NCBI GenBank assembly: GCA_965178125.1
Contig: OZ237752.1
Span: 930,001 to 994,000, forward strand
Direction: 5' to 3'
Length of the DNA stretch: 64,000 nt
Source: Bilabrum cf. latius
Taxonomy: Eukaryota
A program made the translations under genes and the position numbers. This document shows, piece by piece, positions 12,776-27,396 of this stretch; within the stretch, counting starts at the first letter, position 1; every line of letters starts with the position of its first letter. The notes under the pieces were generated by a model that made no database searches, was not told where the DNA came from, and worked only from the letters and a program-made list of their open reading frames with translations.

Positions 12776-14209
12776 TCACAAATGAACAGTATCCATGTGC
12801 TTCTTGAGATGGCCTGCCTACCCGAAGCGCTTGTGGCACACGATGCACTCGTGATTGCGCTCCCCGAGATGCACCGTGCTCATGTGCGTCTTGAGACTGC
12901 CTGCCTCCCCGAAGCGCTTGTGGCACACGATGCACTCGTGATTGCGCTCCCCCAGATGCACCGTGCTCATGTGCGTCTTGAGACTGCCTGCCTACCCGAA
13001 GCGCTTGTGGCACACGATGCACTCGTGATTGCGCTCCCCGAGATGCACCGTGCTCATGTGCGTCTTGAGACTGCCTGCCTACCCGAAGCGCTTGTGGCAC
13101 ACGATGCACTCGTGATTGCGCTCCCCGAGATGCACAGTGGACATGTGCTTCTTGAGATGGCCTGCCTCCCCAAAGCGCTTGTGGCACACGATGCACTCGT
13201 GATTGCGCTCCCCCAGATGCACCGTGCTCATGTGCGTCTTGAGATGGCCTGCCTCCCCAAAGCGCTTGTGGCACACGATGCACTCGTGATTGCGCTCGCC
13301 CAGATGCACAGTGGACATGTGCTTCTTGAGACTGCCTGCCTACCCGAAGCGCTTGTGGCACACGATGCACTCGTGATTGCGCTCGCCCAGATGCACAGTG
13401 CTCATGTGCTTCTTGAGATGGCCTGCCCTCCCGAAGCGCTTGTGGCACACGATGCACTCGTGATTGCGCTCCCCGAGATGCACCGTGCTCATGTGCTTCT
13501 TGAGATGGCCTGCCTCCCCAAAGCGCTTGTGGCACACGATGCACTCGTGATTGCGCTCGCCCAGATGCACAGTGGACATATGATTCTTGAGATGGCCTGG
13601 CCTCCCGAAACGCTTGTGGCACACGATGCACTCGTGATTGCGCTCGCCCAGATGCACACCCAACACATGCCTTTGAAGCGACCTTACGCTCGACAGTATC
13701 TATCCGCACACCTCGCACTCATGCCCCACTCCCGCACTATCACCACTGGCATGTACCTCGTATGCTGTCCTCCTCTTCTTCTTCTCCTTTCCCACAGCGG
13801 GCTTGTCACAAGAAGCCTCCTTGGCGGTATGCTAGAGATCCGTTCGAGCACGCTTCTGTCCGATTTGAGTGCTCGGGCTATGTCTGCTAAGCCCACCGAA
13901 TTCCATCACAGAGCTGCTTGCCATCCCCGAGGTTGCGCTCGATGACGACGACCGGGGCTATTGTAGTGACTTCAAGTTGCTGTCATCCGGCCTACCTGCT
14001 AGTCCTGCACGAGATAGCATTGTGCGTCTCGCTGCTCCGCCAGTCCTCGATTCATTGCCGACCAGCCTAACCACCACATCGTGACTTGTAGTTGGTGCCT
14101 TCTACACATGCTCGTCATGGCTCTCCTCGTCGTCCTGCTCGTATTCACTATCGCTGCTGCTAACGAGGTCAATCACATCATCATGAGCTGATGCTGCCAC
14201 GGACGACAT
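12776..14209 (-). CDS. C2H2 zinc-finger protein (11 fingers; N-terminal SIM-like VIDLVSSSDSE and basic NLS-like KEKKKRR)
   Basis: One 477-codon frame from ATG 14209 to TGA 12776 with 8 in-frame TAGs (14102, 13958, 13832, 13700, 13340, 13079, 12992, 12818). Repeating unit HECIVCHKRFGxAG[H/S]LKxHMSTVHLGERN. Confidence 0.88.
12779..13657 (-). repeat. 87-bp coding minisatellite, 10 near-identical units (zinc fingers)
   Basis: The unit core gcttgtggcacacgatgcactcgtgattgcgctc recurs every 87 bp; for example, TAG positions 12818, 12992 and 13079 are spaced by multiples of 87. Confidence 0.95.
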
Positions 14210-14562
14210 TGCAAAGGAACGCACTTTTAAGATGACAGCAAATCGATATTTCTAACGGGTGTGTCAATGTGACACGCTTCCAGTCAACTAAGGGGTCTGA
14301 ATATCTTGCAGAAGGTACCCTGGTCCTCCCTTTCTCTCGCAAAGAATCGCGAACGATAGTCTGCTAGCCAACACAGCTGATTTATAGTGGCAATACGAAG
14401 AAGCCCGTGATTTTTTCGGAATTTAGCTGGAAGCAGGCAAGAAAAAGTTGCGGAGATCCGGTATGTCGCCAGCTTGGATGTTCCGCAATATGGCCGGGCT
14501 AAAAATGGCGCCGCGAAGCAAACCGAAACGAGCACTTATTAACACTGTGTCACTTGCCTGCC

Positions 14563-14931
14563 ATGCCCTACCCAACAAGCACCATATCTACGGGCACCCA
14601 TCGCGCGTCCGTTCCTCCACCGGTTCAATACCAGTGCAACATGCCTGCCCAACCGCCGAGTTGGCTGCAGAAGGCCTACTAGTACCTGTAGCCAAGGCTG
14701 CCCAGGACAACCCGTTCGTACACCCGTCATCTAAAGTCTATGTGCCATGGGCTGCAGCATGAGACCGCAGCGTCAGACTGCAAAGACAGTGTAGCTTGCG
14801 GTCACATCTGGGCGCAGCCCAACTGCGTGGCTCACTATCAGCCGCATCGCTTGCCGTGCTGCAGGAAGGCCTTCGACCTTGAGATGGACCTACTCTACAT
14901 CGAGCGGATTGCAGGCCGGCACCTCTCGTAA
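14563..14931 (+). CDS. Possible small hypothetical protein (122 aa)
   Basis: Open from ATG 14563 through two TAGs to TAA 14929. No recognisable domain, so it may be non-coding. Confidence 0.25.
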
Positions 14932-15172
14932 CATCCTCTGCCTCTGAGGCAGCACCCCATCCTACGAGACACCCATCAATGCCCCCCCCTTGAGCTGCTG
15001 CAGCAAGCGCACTGACACAGGTCCCTGTGCGACTGCAAGGCAGGCATCGGACGGGCTGCAAGCAAGCTCTCATGACAGTCACCTCATGAGTGCTGCCAGT
15101 GCGCCCACACCACGACAGTCAATCGCAGGGCGCACAATGAGCTGGCATAAGGTCACAGCAAATGTGATACGA

Positions 15173-15820
15173 TCATCGACCCCCCATTCCGCCCCTTGCA
15201 GCAACACCCCCTCCTCCTCCCCCCATCCCTCTCCCTCGTGCCGCGCCCCTGCCCGTCGTCCTACTAGAGGGACCACTGGTGGCACCCCTGCTGCTCTTCG
15301 CGGCGGCAGCGCCTCCTCCCGCAGGCATTGCTTTGGGAGCCTCTCCCATCGCCTTCCTGGACTTGGGCTTGAAGGGGATGCCCTCGAAGCCACCGGACGC
15401 CTGCTTGAAGGCAGGGTGGTAGTCGAACTCGGCCTCGAGCAGCGCAAGGCCGTTCGCGTGCTTCTCGACTGCCTTGTCGTACAGCGTGCCGATCTCGCCG
15501 GTCAGGGTGTCGTACTTGCGATCGAATGGGCCGATGCGCCGGTCGAACTCATCGAGCCACTCGCGTGCGTGCTTCAGGCGGAGCTAGGTGAGCTCCTTCT
15601 CGAGGCGAATCCGTTTCAAAATGGCGTTGTACGCTGCAAGGCCATCCCTGTCCGCCTTAATTTCATCCATTACTATGCTTAATCGCTGCTGGAGCTGGTC
15701 AATCACTGCTCCAAGCATTGCAAAATTCTGATTCATTTTGGCGTACTGTTTGTAGTTGACTTGCTTCTTGGCAGCCGGCTTTCGAACGCCTGAAGCTCCA
15801 CGTCCTCTCCCAGCTTCCAT
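15173..15820 (-). CDS. Hypothetical coiled-coil protein
   Basis: ORF 15584..15820 continues through TAG 15584 (EKELT*LRLKHAREWLDEFDRRIGPFDRKY...) with GC3-rich codons to TGA at 15173. Confidence 0.75.
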
Positions 15821-15966
15821 GGCAACAGGAAAGCAGCAGAAGGTCTATTTGCCGCTATTTATGTCTGAAAACGACGAATTTTCGGCTCGCGACCAACTCC
15901 GATTTATGCCTCACTCGCCAACGGAAACTCTGGCCGGTTGCATTGGAGTGTACAGGGCGCTACACG

Positions 15967-16762
15967 ATGCCGAAGAAGAAGAAGAAGGCCGCTGGTGATG
16001 GTTCTGAAATGGATGATGCAGCGAAGGTTGCCAGACTGACGCATGAAAACACTGCGTTGCGATTGCAGCTAGGTTAGCTTTGTTGCATCGGCAATCAGCC
16101 GCTGTGCAGCACACCTAGAGCGACTCCCAATTGTCACTTGTGCACCATCTGTCTCATTTCACAGCACAAAAGACATAGGATGCGCTGAAGGCTGAACGCG
16201 AAATGCGGGAACTCCGCAGTAGGGTGACAGAGCTTCGGTCCGACTTTCGCGAGACCGCCGACGATACTTTTGCCATCACGGCAGACATGACTAGGCAATA
16301 CAAAGCTATGGAAAAGAAGTTTCTTGATGATATTACCAAGCTGGAAGATAGGATACGCGCACTTGAGGACGAGCTAGGTGAGCGAGGCTGGACGGTCCGA
16401 ATCGATTGCTTGCGCGCACAGCCCAAGCCCAAGAACTGACACATATATGACCCTTCTTGCGCCCATGACTTGCAGCTGAGGCTCGCACTGCCTATGAGGA
16501 ACTTCAAGAGGAGAAGGTAGCCCTGTTGAAGGCGAAGGACGAGGAAATCGCGCTGCTCAAGGACAAGGCCGAGGACATGGCCGCAGAGTTCGCAGAAATG
16601 CTGCAGGAAACGCTCCGCAGGATGGCAGACAAGATCGAAATATCCGCGGCCAAGTGGGACGGGGACGGATCGGTCCCCGTCATCCAGCGAATGAAGGAAT
16701 TCACTCCATCGGCAGGCGGAGGCGCGAGCGCGGGGGGCAGCGGTGCGGGAGCAGGGACGTGA
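15967..16762 (+). CDS. CCDC153: CCDC153/DRC12-like flagellar coiled-coil protein
   Basis: Exons 15967-16072, 16165-16377 and 16476-16762. TFAITADMTRQYKAM and KDEEI...MAAEFAEMLQETL motifs. TAG at 16176, TGA stop. Confidence 0.75.
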
Positions 16763-16894
16763 CCGCCGGCGATGAGGCTCGGTTCTTCTCTTTGTGTGTA
16801 TTTCTGTCTTTGTAGATGCGATACGTCAGTACAGAAGATCAAAAGTGATCGTATTTTGGATGCGTTTTTGTTGTTGTTGCTGCCAGCATATCCG

Positions 16895-19800
16895 TCACCT
16901 CGGCACTCGCCTGCCTCGCCCACTGCTGCTGCTGCTGCCGCTGAGGCCCGCTGCAGCCCCCGCCCCGCCCTTTTCCTCCGCTTCTACCCTCCTTTTATAG
17001 CCTTCCTTTCTATCCTTCTCCATCGCCCCTCCCCTCCCCCGGGTGAACAGCCCGGGACGCTCATCCCCCGGCTGCCACCTGTCGTCCTCACGGGCAGAGG
17101 ACCGGACCGCCACGAGCAGAGGCGTGCCAGCAGGCGCCCTGCCCCCCGTGCCCTCAACGCTCCAGCTCGCCCAAGGCTCCTCTTCCTGCACACGGAGGGG
17201 CATGGGGTCGGCAGGCCCATAGAAGGGCTCCTCACCTGCGGCACACAGCAGGACGGCTTCCACGGACCTGGCTGCAGAGTACGAGATGGCGACATTCGGG
17301 TCCCTCGGAGCCGCCACCTTCGCGTCCTCGAAATCGCATGCGGCGCGCTCGAACTCGCGGAGGGCCCGCCACGACAGCCCCCTTCGGAACAGCGCGTGCG
17401 CGTTGCGCGGCTCCATCCTCAGCACCCGGGTGAAGTCAGCTGCCGCGGCGCGGTGACGGCCCAGCACCTGCCTGCACTTTGCCCTCTCGTGGTAGCAGCA
17501 CAACCGTTCCCTCCGGCTGTGCCACAGCGCAGAGGTGCCCGAAGGCGATGACACATCCTTGCCGCGCCGCACGGTCCCACCCCCCCCAGTCTTAGGCCCG
17601 AGCCCCATGCCCCTCTCACCCCCCCCGTCCTCACCCAAAGCCGCTACCTCCTCCTCCTCCCGTTCCTCCTCCCGTTCCTCCTCCCTGGCGTCCTCGTCAC
17701 ACTTGCGACCCACCATCAGCGCAGACCCGAAGGCCTGCTCCGCCTCGGCCCACCCGTCCGTGTTCGCGAGCGCAACCCCGAGGGCGTACCAGCACCTCGA
17801 CCCCAGCCGGGGGCCGGGCCCCTGCTGCAGCGCCAGCCTGAGGTCCTCCGCAGCGCCCTAAAACCTGTCCTGGTCATACCTTGCCAGCGCGCGCAGGTAC
17901 AGCAGGCGGGCCCGCTCCGCACCCTCAGCCGCGCGACCTCCCTGGAGCTCGGGGGCCTCTGCAGACGCGGCCGCCGGCAGCATGGCCGCGAGCCGCCGCT
18001 GCGCGCCCCCTTGTTCCCTGGGCGGGGGCGCGCTCAGAAGCTCGTGCGCGCCGCGCTCCCTGCCCCCCAGGGACGTGGACTTTCCCTGCTCGGCCCGCCT
18101 GTCGGCTCTCTCTGCCCTCCTGTCCGCCAGCCCCTGCATGGCCCTGTCTGCCTCGTCCCCCCCTGTGCCTCTGTGCGCAGCATGGCTCGCAACATCGGCA
18201 GCGCCGCCGTCCGCCCAGCCGCTTTGCTGCACCCGGACACCTTCCCGCCCGCCCCTGTCTCCCCCTTTTATCGTCTTCTTCTTAATCCCTTGCTTTCCGG
18301 CTCCTCCCACCCCGCCGAGCGCCGCATCCAGGTCCTCCTCGGCACGCCCCGGCTCGCCCACCTCCCGGAAGCACTGCGCCCTCCTCGCCAGGAAATGCGA
18401 GCTGCCGGGAGCCTGTGCCAGAGCCGCCGAGTACGCCTCCACCGCCCCAGGCACGTCACTCCGCAGCAGCTGCACGGTGGCCAGCCGATCCCACACCGCG
18501 GCTCTCGCGAAACCCGCCCTGGCCGCGCCCCTCAGCTCCCGCGCCGCCTCCTCCAGGCGAGGCGGCTCCAGGGCCAGCAGGCTCACGGCGCGGTGGTACC
18601 TGGTTTCCCCCCTCGCGGGGTCGCACTCCCGGGCCAGGTCAAAGTCATCCAACGCTTCCTCGTGCCGCCCGAGCGCCTGTTTCACCAGGCCCCGCGCCTC
18701 GAGCACACGCCGCGCCGCCGCGCCCGCCTCGGTCAGGGGGCGTCTCCGCCGCGAGGAGGAGAGCGGGGACCTGCGGGTGGAGGACCCCTTGTTCCCTGGG
18801 CCGTCCCCCGGGCTGGAGGGCGAACCCGGGGCGGCCCTTCTCCCGGCCCTCGCTCTGGAGGTGGCTCCCGCAAGATCCAGCGACACGGACGCTGCACGGG
18901 GCTCGGACGACCGGCCGTCCGTGTCCCTGAGACCGCCGCTTTCCCCCTCTTCATCCTCCCCTGCCTCCTCCCTCCTCTTTGCCTCTTCGATAGCGCGCTC
19001 CTCCTCGGCCTCCTCCTCCTCGTCCCGCTCCCGCTGTTCCCTGGCCTCCTCCGCGGTGCTGTCCGCAGACAGCTCCCTAGACACGGACTGGAGCACGGAC
19101 TCGGCTCTCGAGTTCCTCCCGAGGGCGTGAAGGGCGAGGCCCTCGTGGTAGCGGGCCGGCACCAGCCCCGGCCACGCCTCTTGTGCCCTGCGGAAGTGCC
19201 ACAGAGCCGAGCGCCACAGGCCCAGGGACTGCAGCGCCAGCCCGATGCTGTGCTGCTGCCTTGCCACCACGGCCAGCTCGTCATCTCGGAGTACTGCCAG
19301 GTCAGCGTCGAGAGGGGCGGCGCGCCTGCACCCCGCCGGGAGACGCTCCCCGTCCTCCCCTTGTTCGCTCGTGCGCGAGTTGGACAGGGGTGCGGCATCG
19401 CCGCCGTAGGCACCCCCACCCATCCCGCGGAGTCCGAGCCCCTCACCGGATAGGCCATCGCTAGCAGTGCCCGGGCTGGGGGCACTTTCTCCCTCCCCGA
19501 GCCCCAGCCTCCGCACCTCGTCCTCCGTGGGGAGGGGCACCTCCTCCTCCCAGCCCGCCTCCGGGGGCACCACCCCGTTGCCCATGCGCGCGTCCACCGT
19601 GGCTTCCAGGGTCCTCAGCACGGCCTGCTCGAGATCCTCCAAGGCACCCTCTGGGCTGCCCATGGCCAGCCTCACGTTGCCTCGGTGAAACCGAGCAGCC
19701 GCCGCCCCGCCCACACCCACGTCGTCATCCCCAGCGCCTCCCTCCTGGACCCCACTCGTCACACCGCCCCTCCCGGGCCGCTTGGACTCGGCCCCCACGG

Positions 19801-20917
19801 CCGCATCCAGGTCTGCCCTAGCGTCGTCCAGCCTGCGCATGTGGTACAGCACCAGACCGCGGTTGGCGAGAAAGGTGGGGTGCCCCGGGGCGGCATCCAG
19901 GGCCCTGGTCAAAGCGGCGAGGGCCTCCGTGAGGGAGCCGTCCTCGCACAGGGCCAGCCCAAGGGCGTTCCAAGCGGCGGGGGCCGCGCTGTCCACGGCC
20001 GTGGCAAGCCTTAGGTCCTCTGCGGCTAGGTCTCCCCTCCCCAGCTTGCGGAGGCAGGCCGCGCGGTTGAAGAGGGCGCGGTAAGCGAACCTTCCCTGGG
20101 GAACAACGGGGGGCGGGGCCTGGCGAGAGGGGGAGGCGGCTCCGGGGCCTGAGCTGGCAGTGGTGGACTACCCCCGTGCCCCCCCTGCGCTGCCGTGCGA
20201 TGCACCCTGCGATGGATCGGCTGCCCTGCCGTGCTGCCCGGGAGAGCCAGCCCCGGCAGCGGAACCGGCGCCGCGAGGGCGGTTCGACCCCGCCGCTGGG
20301 GCGGCGCGGCGGGGCGCCGCGGATCGCGAGCTCACCCGAGGCAGGCCCGCCGCATCGCTAAAGTCCCTGCAGGCCATCTCGAAGGCGCCCGTCTCGAAGA
20401 GCACGAGCCCGCGGCTGAAGTATAGACCAGCCACCGAGGGCCCGCCGTCGTTTCCGTCCTGCACGCCCGGGTGCCGGGGCCCGACTCCCGGGATCGAGCC
20501 CCGCAGAGAGCCCCTTCGAGGCGCCGACGACTGCCGCAGCGGTGCCGCCATCTCGATGGCTCGGGTCAGGTCCTTCAGGGCGTCTTGCATTCGTCTCAAT
20601 TTCCTGTGGCAGAGGCCCCGAGCCGAGTAGAAGAACGGATCCGTGTCGTCGAGGCGGATGGCGGCCGTGTAATCGACGCAGGCCACCTGCCACTGCTTCA
20701 AGGCGCGCCTTGCGTTGCCTCGCAGGAAGTAGTACCGAGCTACGCGTGGTCTCAGCTAAATTGCGGCATCCAAAATCTCTACAGCTCGCTCCGCACCTCC
20801 CTCCCTCCCCCCGCGCAGCTCGTCCAGAGCTTTCCTAAACAGGTCCATCGCCTGCCTATCGCGGACCTGGCGGTCTGCGGACGACTTTACCCCGCCCCTG
20901 CTAGGTTTACGTGGCAT
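16895..20917 (-). CDS. Large tetratricopeptide-repeat protein
   Basis: ORFs 20756..21067, 20168..20701, 17858..19996 and 16895..17716 are one frame separated only by TAGs (20756, 20168, 17858), two of them inside TPR units (DAAI*LRPRVARYYFLRG; YDQDRF*GAAEDL). TGA stop. Start codon uncertain. Confidence 0.85.
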
Positions 20918-21141
20918 TTTGCGCAATTCTTTCGTTATGTCGCCGATTTGCCGTGGTTGCGGCCGGAAAAAGCGCTGTTGCTGCTGGCGATCTACCGTTG
21001 GGTTTGGGTGCATTGCATGCAGGGAGGCCTCGAAAAGCCACGACTCGGAGCAACAGATCATCGTCATCGCGCAACATCAAAAACGCAGGCTGTTAGGGGC
21101 ATCTCGGCACGAGCGCAGCCAATCGATCCATGGATCCTGGA

Positions 21142-22295
21142 TCAGCCCTCCTTGCCCTCCTGCTCGGTAGCACGCGCTGCACCCCCCGTGGCAGCAACCT
21201 CCGCCACCGGCCCATCCACCTTGCCCTCCTCTGCCCCTGCCCCTGCCCCGCCCACCGCCGCTCCTCCCTTCTTCACGTGCAGCTCCACCGCCTCCCCGTC
21301 CAGCCTGTCCCCGTGCGCCTTGTTCCTCACGAACGGCCGCAGCACCTCCCGCCGCTCCCTCAGGCCCTCGTAGGGGTCCCTCCCGCACACCATCGTGTAG
21401 TCGCCGAGGTCGCCCTCTCCCTTCACGTTGAAGCGGCCGTCGTTCGTCCAGGGATTCAGGCTCTGCGCGCTGCAGTAGTGCATCACTAGCGCTCGGCGGA
21501 AGTAGGACCCGCCCCGGTTGGGAAGCGAGCGGTGCAGCAAGTACCCGTTGAACAGGATCGCAGAGCCGCTCGGGACCGGGGCGCACACCCAGTCAGATTC
21601 CTTGTACGAATGGCCGTAGCTTTCACCGCCGTGGGCATATCGCGCGTCCGTGGTGGGCTTGTTAGGCCAGATGATGCCGGGCCGGTGGGACCCCGGAATG
21701 ACCCAGAGGCAACCGTTTTCTTCCGTCGCGTCGTCCAAAGCGATCCATAATCCGCACAAAGATCGATCTCGCGTAGGAATGTATGTCTCATCCTGGTGGG
21801 GGGCTTGGCCCTCGACTCCACGCGCCTTGTAGAATGCCATCGATTGCAGCAGTTTGACGTTCTCGCCCACCGTGGCTCGGAGACTGCGGCGAAACGGCTC
21901 GGACTTGCATTAAAAGGCGTTTGCATTATCAATAGGACAACTGTGCCCGCTACAGCGTTGTGGATCCAGGCACTATAATGCTACGCTGGGAATCGACGAG
22001 TTGCACTTGCTCACGCATCTTTGATTCCGTCATGCTCTGCTGCGACGCCCTTAAGGTGCTCGCTTAGTTTGTGAGGAAAATGGATAGCTGCTATGCCTGA
22101 CTGCACCTCATCGTCAGTCTGGCCCGCACATCGAGGAGATACGCCCTCGATTTCACCGTAGGAGCCGTCCACGACAGCGAGCATCTCAGCCAGAACCTTA
22201 TTAACGCCGTCCTTTTCGAGCAAATTCTCCAAAATAACAAATCCATCTCTGTCGTACTTCTCTTTGAGCTCAGAGAACCTGTCCGGGACTGCCAT
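21142..22295 (-). CDS. Phytanoyl-CoA dioxygenase (PhyH)-family Fe(II)/2-oxoglutarate dioxygenase
   Basis: [37 protein letters not shown] and LLHRS..N...RR motifs. Intron 21884-22014. TGA stop. Confidence 0.92.
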
Positions 22296-22430
22296 GCCTG
22301 TCACTGTGCATAGACCCAGGGGATGGGGGGCTCTGCATGGACCGGAACCGAGACGCCCGTGCACAACATCAGCAAATGCAGCAGCATGGCGATCTTCGCC
22401 GGCAACTGGTCAACCGAGACATACTAACAT

Positions 22431-23806
22431 TTATCCCTCGCGGATCTGCAGGTCACTAAGGGCTGCCGCCAAGCCCTCGGCACTGGGCTGCTTGGCCACG
22501 GCGTGGCACGGCAGGCCGGCCTCGAGCAGTGCTCGCTCCGTGGTAGGGCCAATCGCGACCAAATACACGCTTCCAAGCACTGGAAGTATCCCTTCGTGAC
22601 TTGACAAGGGGTCGCTAGCAGTGCTAGGGCTAGTACCCGCGCGCAGGTCTTCTGCTGTACCCATCGCTGTGGTTTGGCTTCCCGTATCGGCAGCTGACGG
22701 AGTGCAGGGCTTAGAGGATATGCCGCCTCTGCCTTCACTGCTTCTCGCCGTAGAAGCGCCCGCCTGTGCTCCACCAGCACTAGCACTAGCACCACTTGTA
22801 CCAGCACCAGCTCTTGCGACAGCACCCACCAGACCCCCTAGCCGCTCAATCACCCCTGATGCAACAACCCCAGCGACCGCACTCGGGCTGAACAGGCAGA
22901 GGGCAACTGCACCAGGATCAGAGCCAGCGACACCAGGATCAGAGCCACTCTCGCCACCCGGACCACTGAAAGCTGCACCTTTGCCAGCGGGTCCCGTCGC
23001 GCCCTCCTCGGAATCAACGCAACGCTCCGCTGCGCACCGCAGCACCCCCGCCACGGCCTCTTCCAGCAATTTCTCTGGGGGGCGGGGCAGAGTGCGGTAG
23101 CAGACTGCCTTCACGACTGGCACACCTGCGTCTCGCAGCGCCTCAGGTATCTCTTTGCGGTGCTTCTATCCGCAAAACAGAAGTACAGGATTAGGACTCA
23201 GCCTGCTGCCTATTTCTTCTGCTGGCGTCTGGACATGGGCTTCTGCAGCTGAAGGGCTTGCACGCCCGGCCAATGGGCTGCCGACTGCGTGCGCAACAAC
23301 CCTTGGTGCAAGGGCACTTGCGCTACCAGTATCAGCTCCTTCGATGATGGCGTCTTTGATGACTGGCAGGATTCCAGACCGGAGCACAGACTCTGTATAT
23401 GGCCCAACAGCGAATACGTGCATGTGCGTGTCTACAAACCAGCCTTGCACAGCTGCAGGGTGACTCTTTACGATCTTAACGAGCTGTGCAGCCCCTCGGG
23501 GACTTGTGACAACTACGGATGACACCCGAAATCCTTCCAATTGCTTCTCGATACATGTGAGCACGTCCGGCAACCTGGATGGTTCGGTACTGAGCGTGCA
23601 AAGGTGGCACACTCTCCATCCCCCAGCACACAAAAGCTCTTCATACTTGTCTGCAAACTCGACGCGTCAAATGGAAGATGGAAAAAAACACTACAGATTT
23701 CTGGATATGCCGCATTTGTATATCGAATATCCACAGGCACCATCTCACCGTCTGGTGGCGATAATTTCGCAATAATTGCGATGTTCCTCAACTACTTGCC
23801 ACTCAT
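22431..23806 (-). CDS. UROS: Uroporphyrinogen-III synthase (HemD/UROS)
   Basis: DKYEELL, VVVTSPRG, FAVGPYT, LLFCG*KHRKEIPEAL...VCYRT, LFSPSAV, AIGPTTERAL and KQPSAEGL. Intron 23651-23748. TAGs at 23792 and 23166. Ends with TAA at 22431. Confidence 0.88.
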
Positions 23807-24237
23807 AAGAGATATTTACTGTATTTTACATGCGCTTCATGGAAGCTATTCACTAGATATTCCATAAAATGGCAAAGTGAATGCACTCATTATTATTCCG
23901 AATGGATTTAATGATTTGTAACGTGCATTCGTGAATGAAATCAGAATTAATCCGGCACCGTTTGCAAGCGCGGTATTTTTGGTCCATCGATCCCTGACCA
24001 GCATGTCCGATCAGCCTGCAGCGTGAGATCTTGTGCCTTTTGATGCTGCCTGCCTCACAAATGCCAGTTTGTATCGGCATTGAAGGTACAGCTCGCTTCT
24101 GCGACGAATACTGCCACGTTGATCGGTTTCGAATAATCTGCTCGGTCTAGTGTTTCTTGCAATCGATCGCACCCCGGTCGGATCTGGCTACACGTACTGC
24201 ATACCAGTTGAATACCGCACTTTCGCGCCGCAGTCCA

Positions 24238-27149
<2,912 letters not shown>

Positions 27150-27396
27150 TGCGGTCACGGTGGACGGACACTCGCGGTTGAAGAGATCTGATGGGGTTCG
27201 TATTGGGTGTGTGAAGGTGCACATAATTGAACGCAGCGTTTGCCTGTACCACGTCCCACAATACACACGCCACCACCATACCATGAACAGAAAAGTGCAA
27301 GCAAACGTGCTCTCATCACACAGCCATCGCGTTCGGTCCGACGGGGCTGTCGTCACAAGCCACGCACTGCATCGACATTGCGTCTAGCGAAGCGTC

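Noticed and set aside
12779-13657. 87-bp repeats as a CRISPR array, or the + strand ORF 12710..13945 as the gene
   Set aside because: There are no unique spacers, and the minus strand encodes canonical C2H2 fingers.
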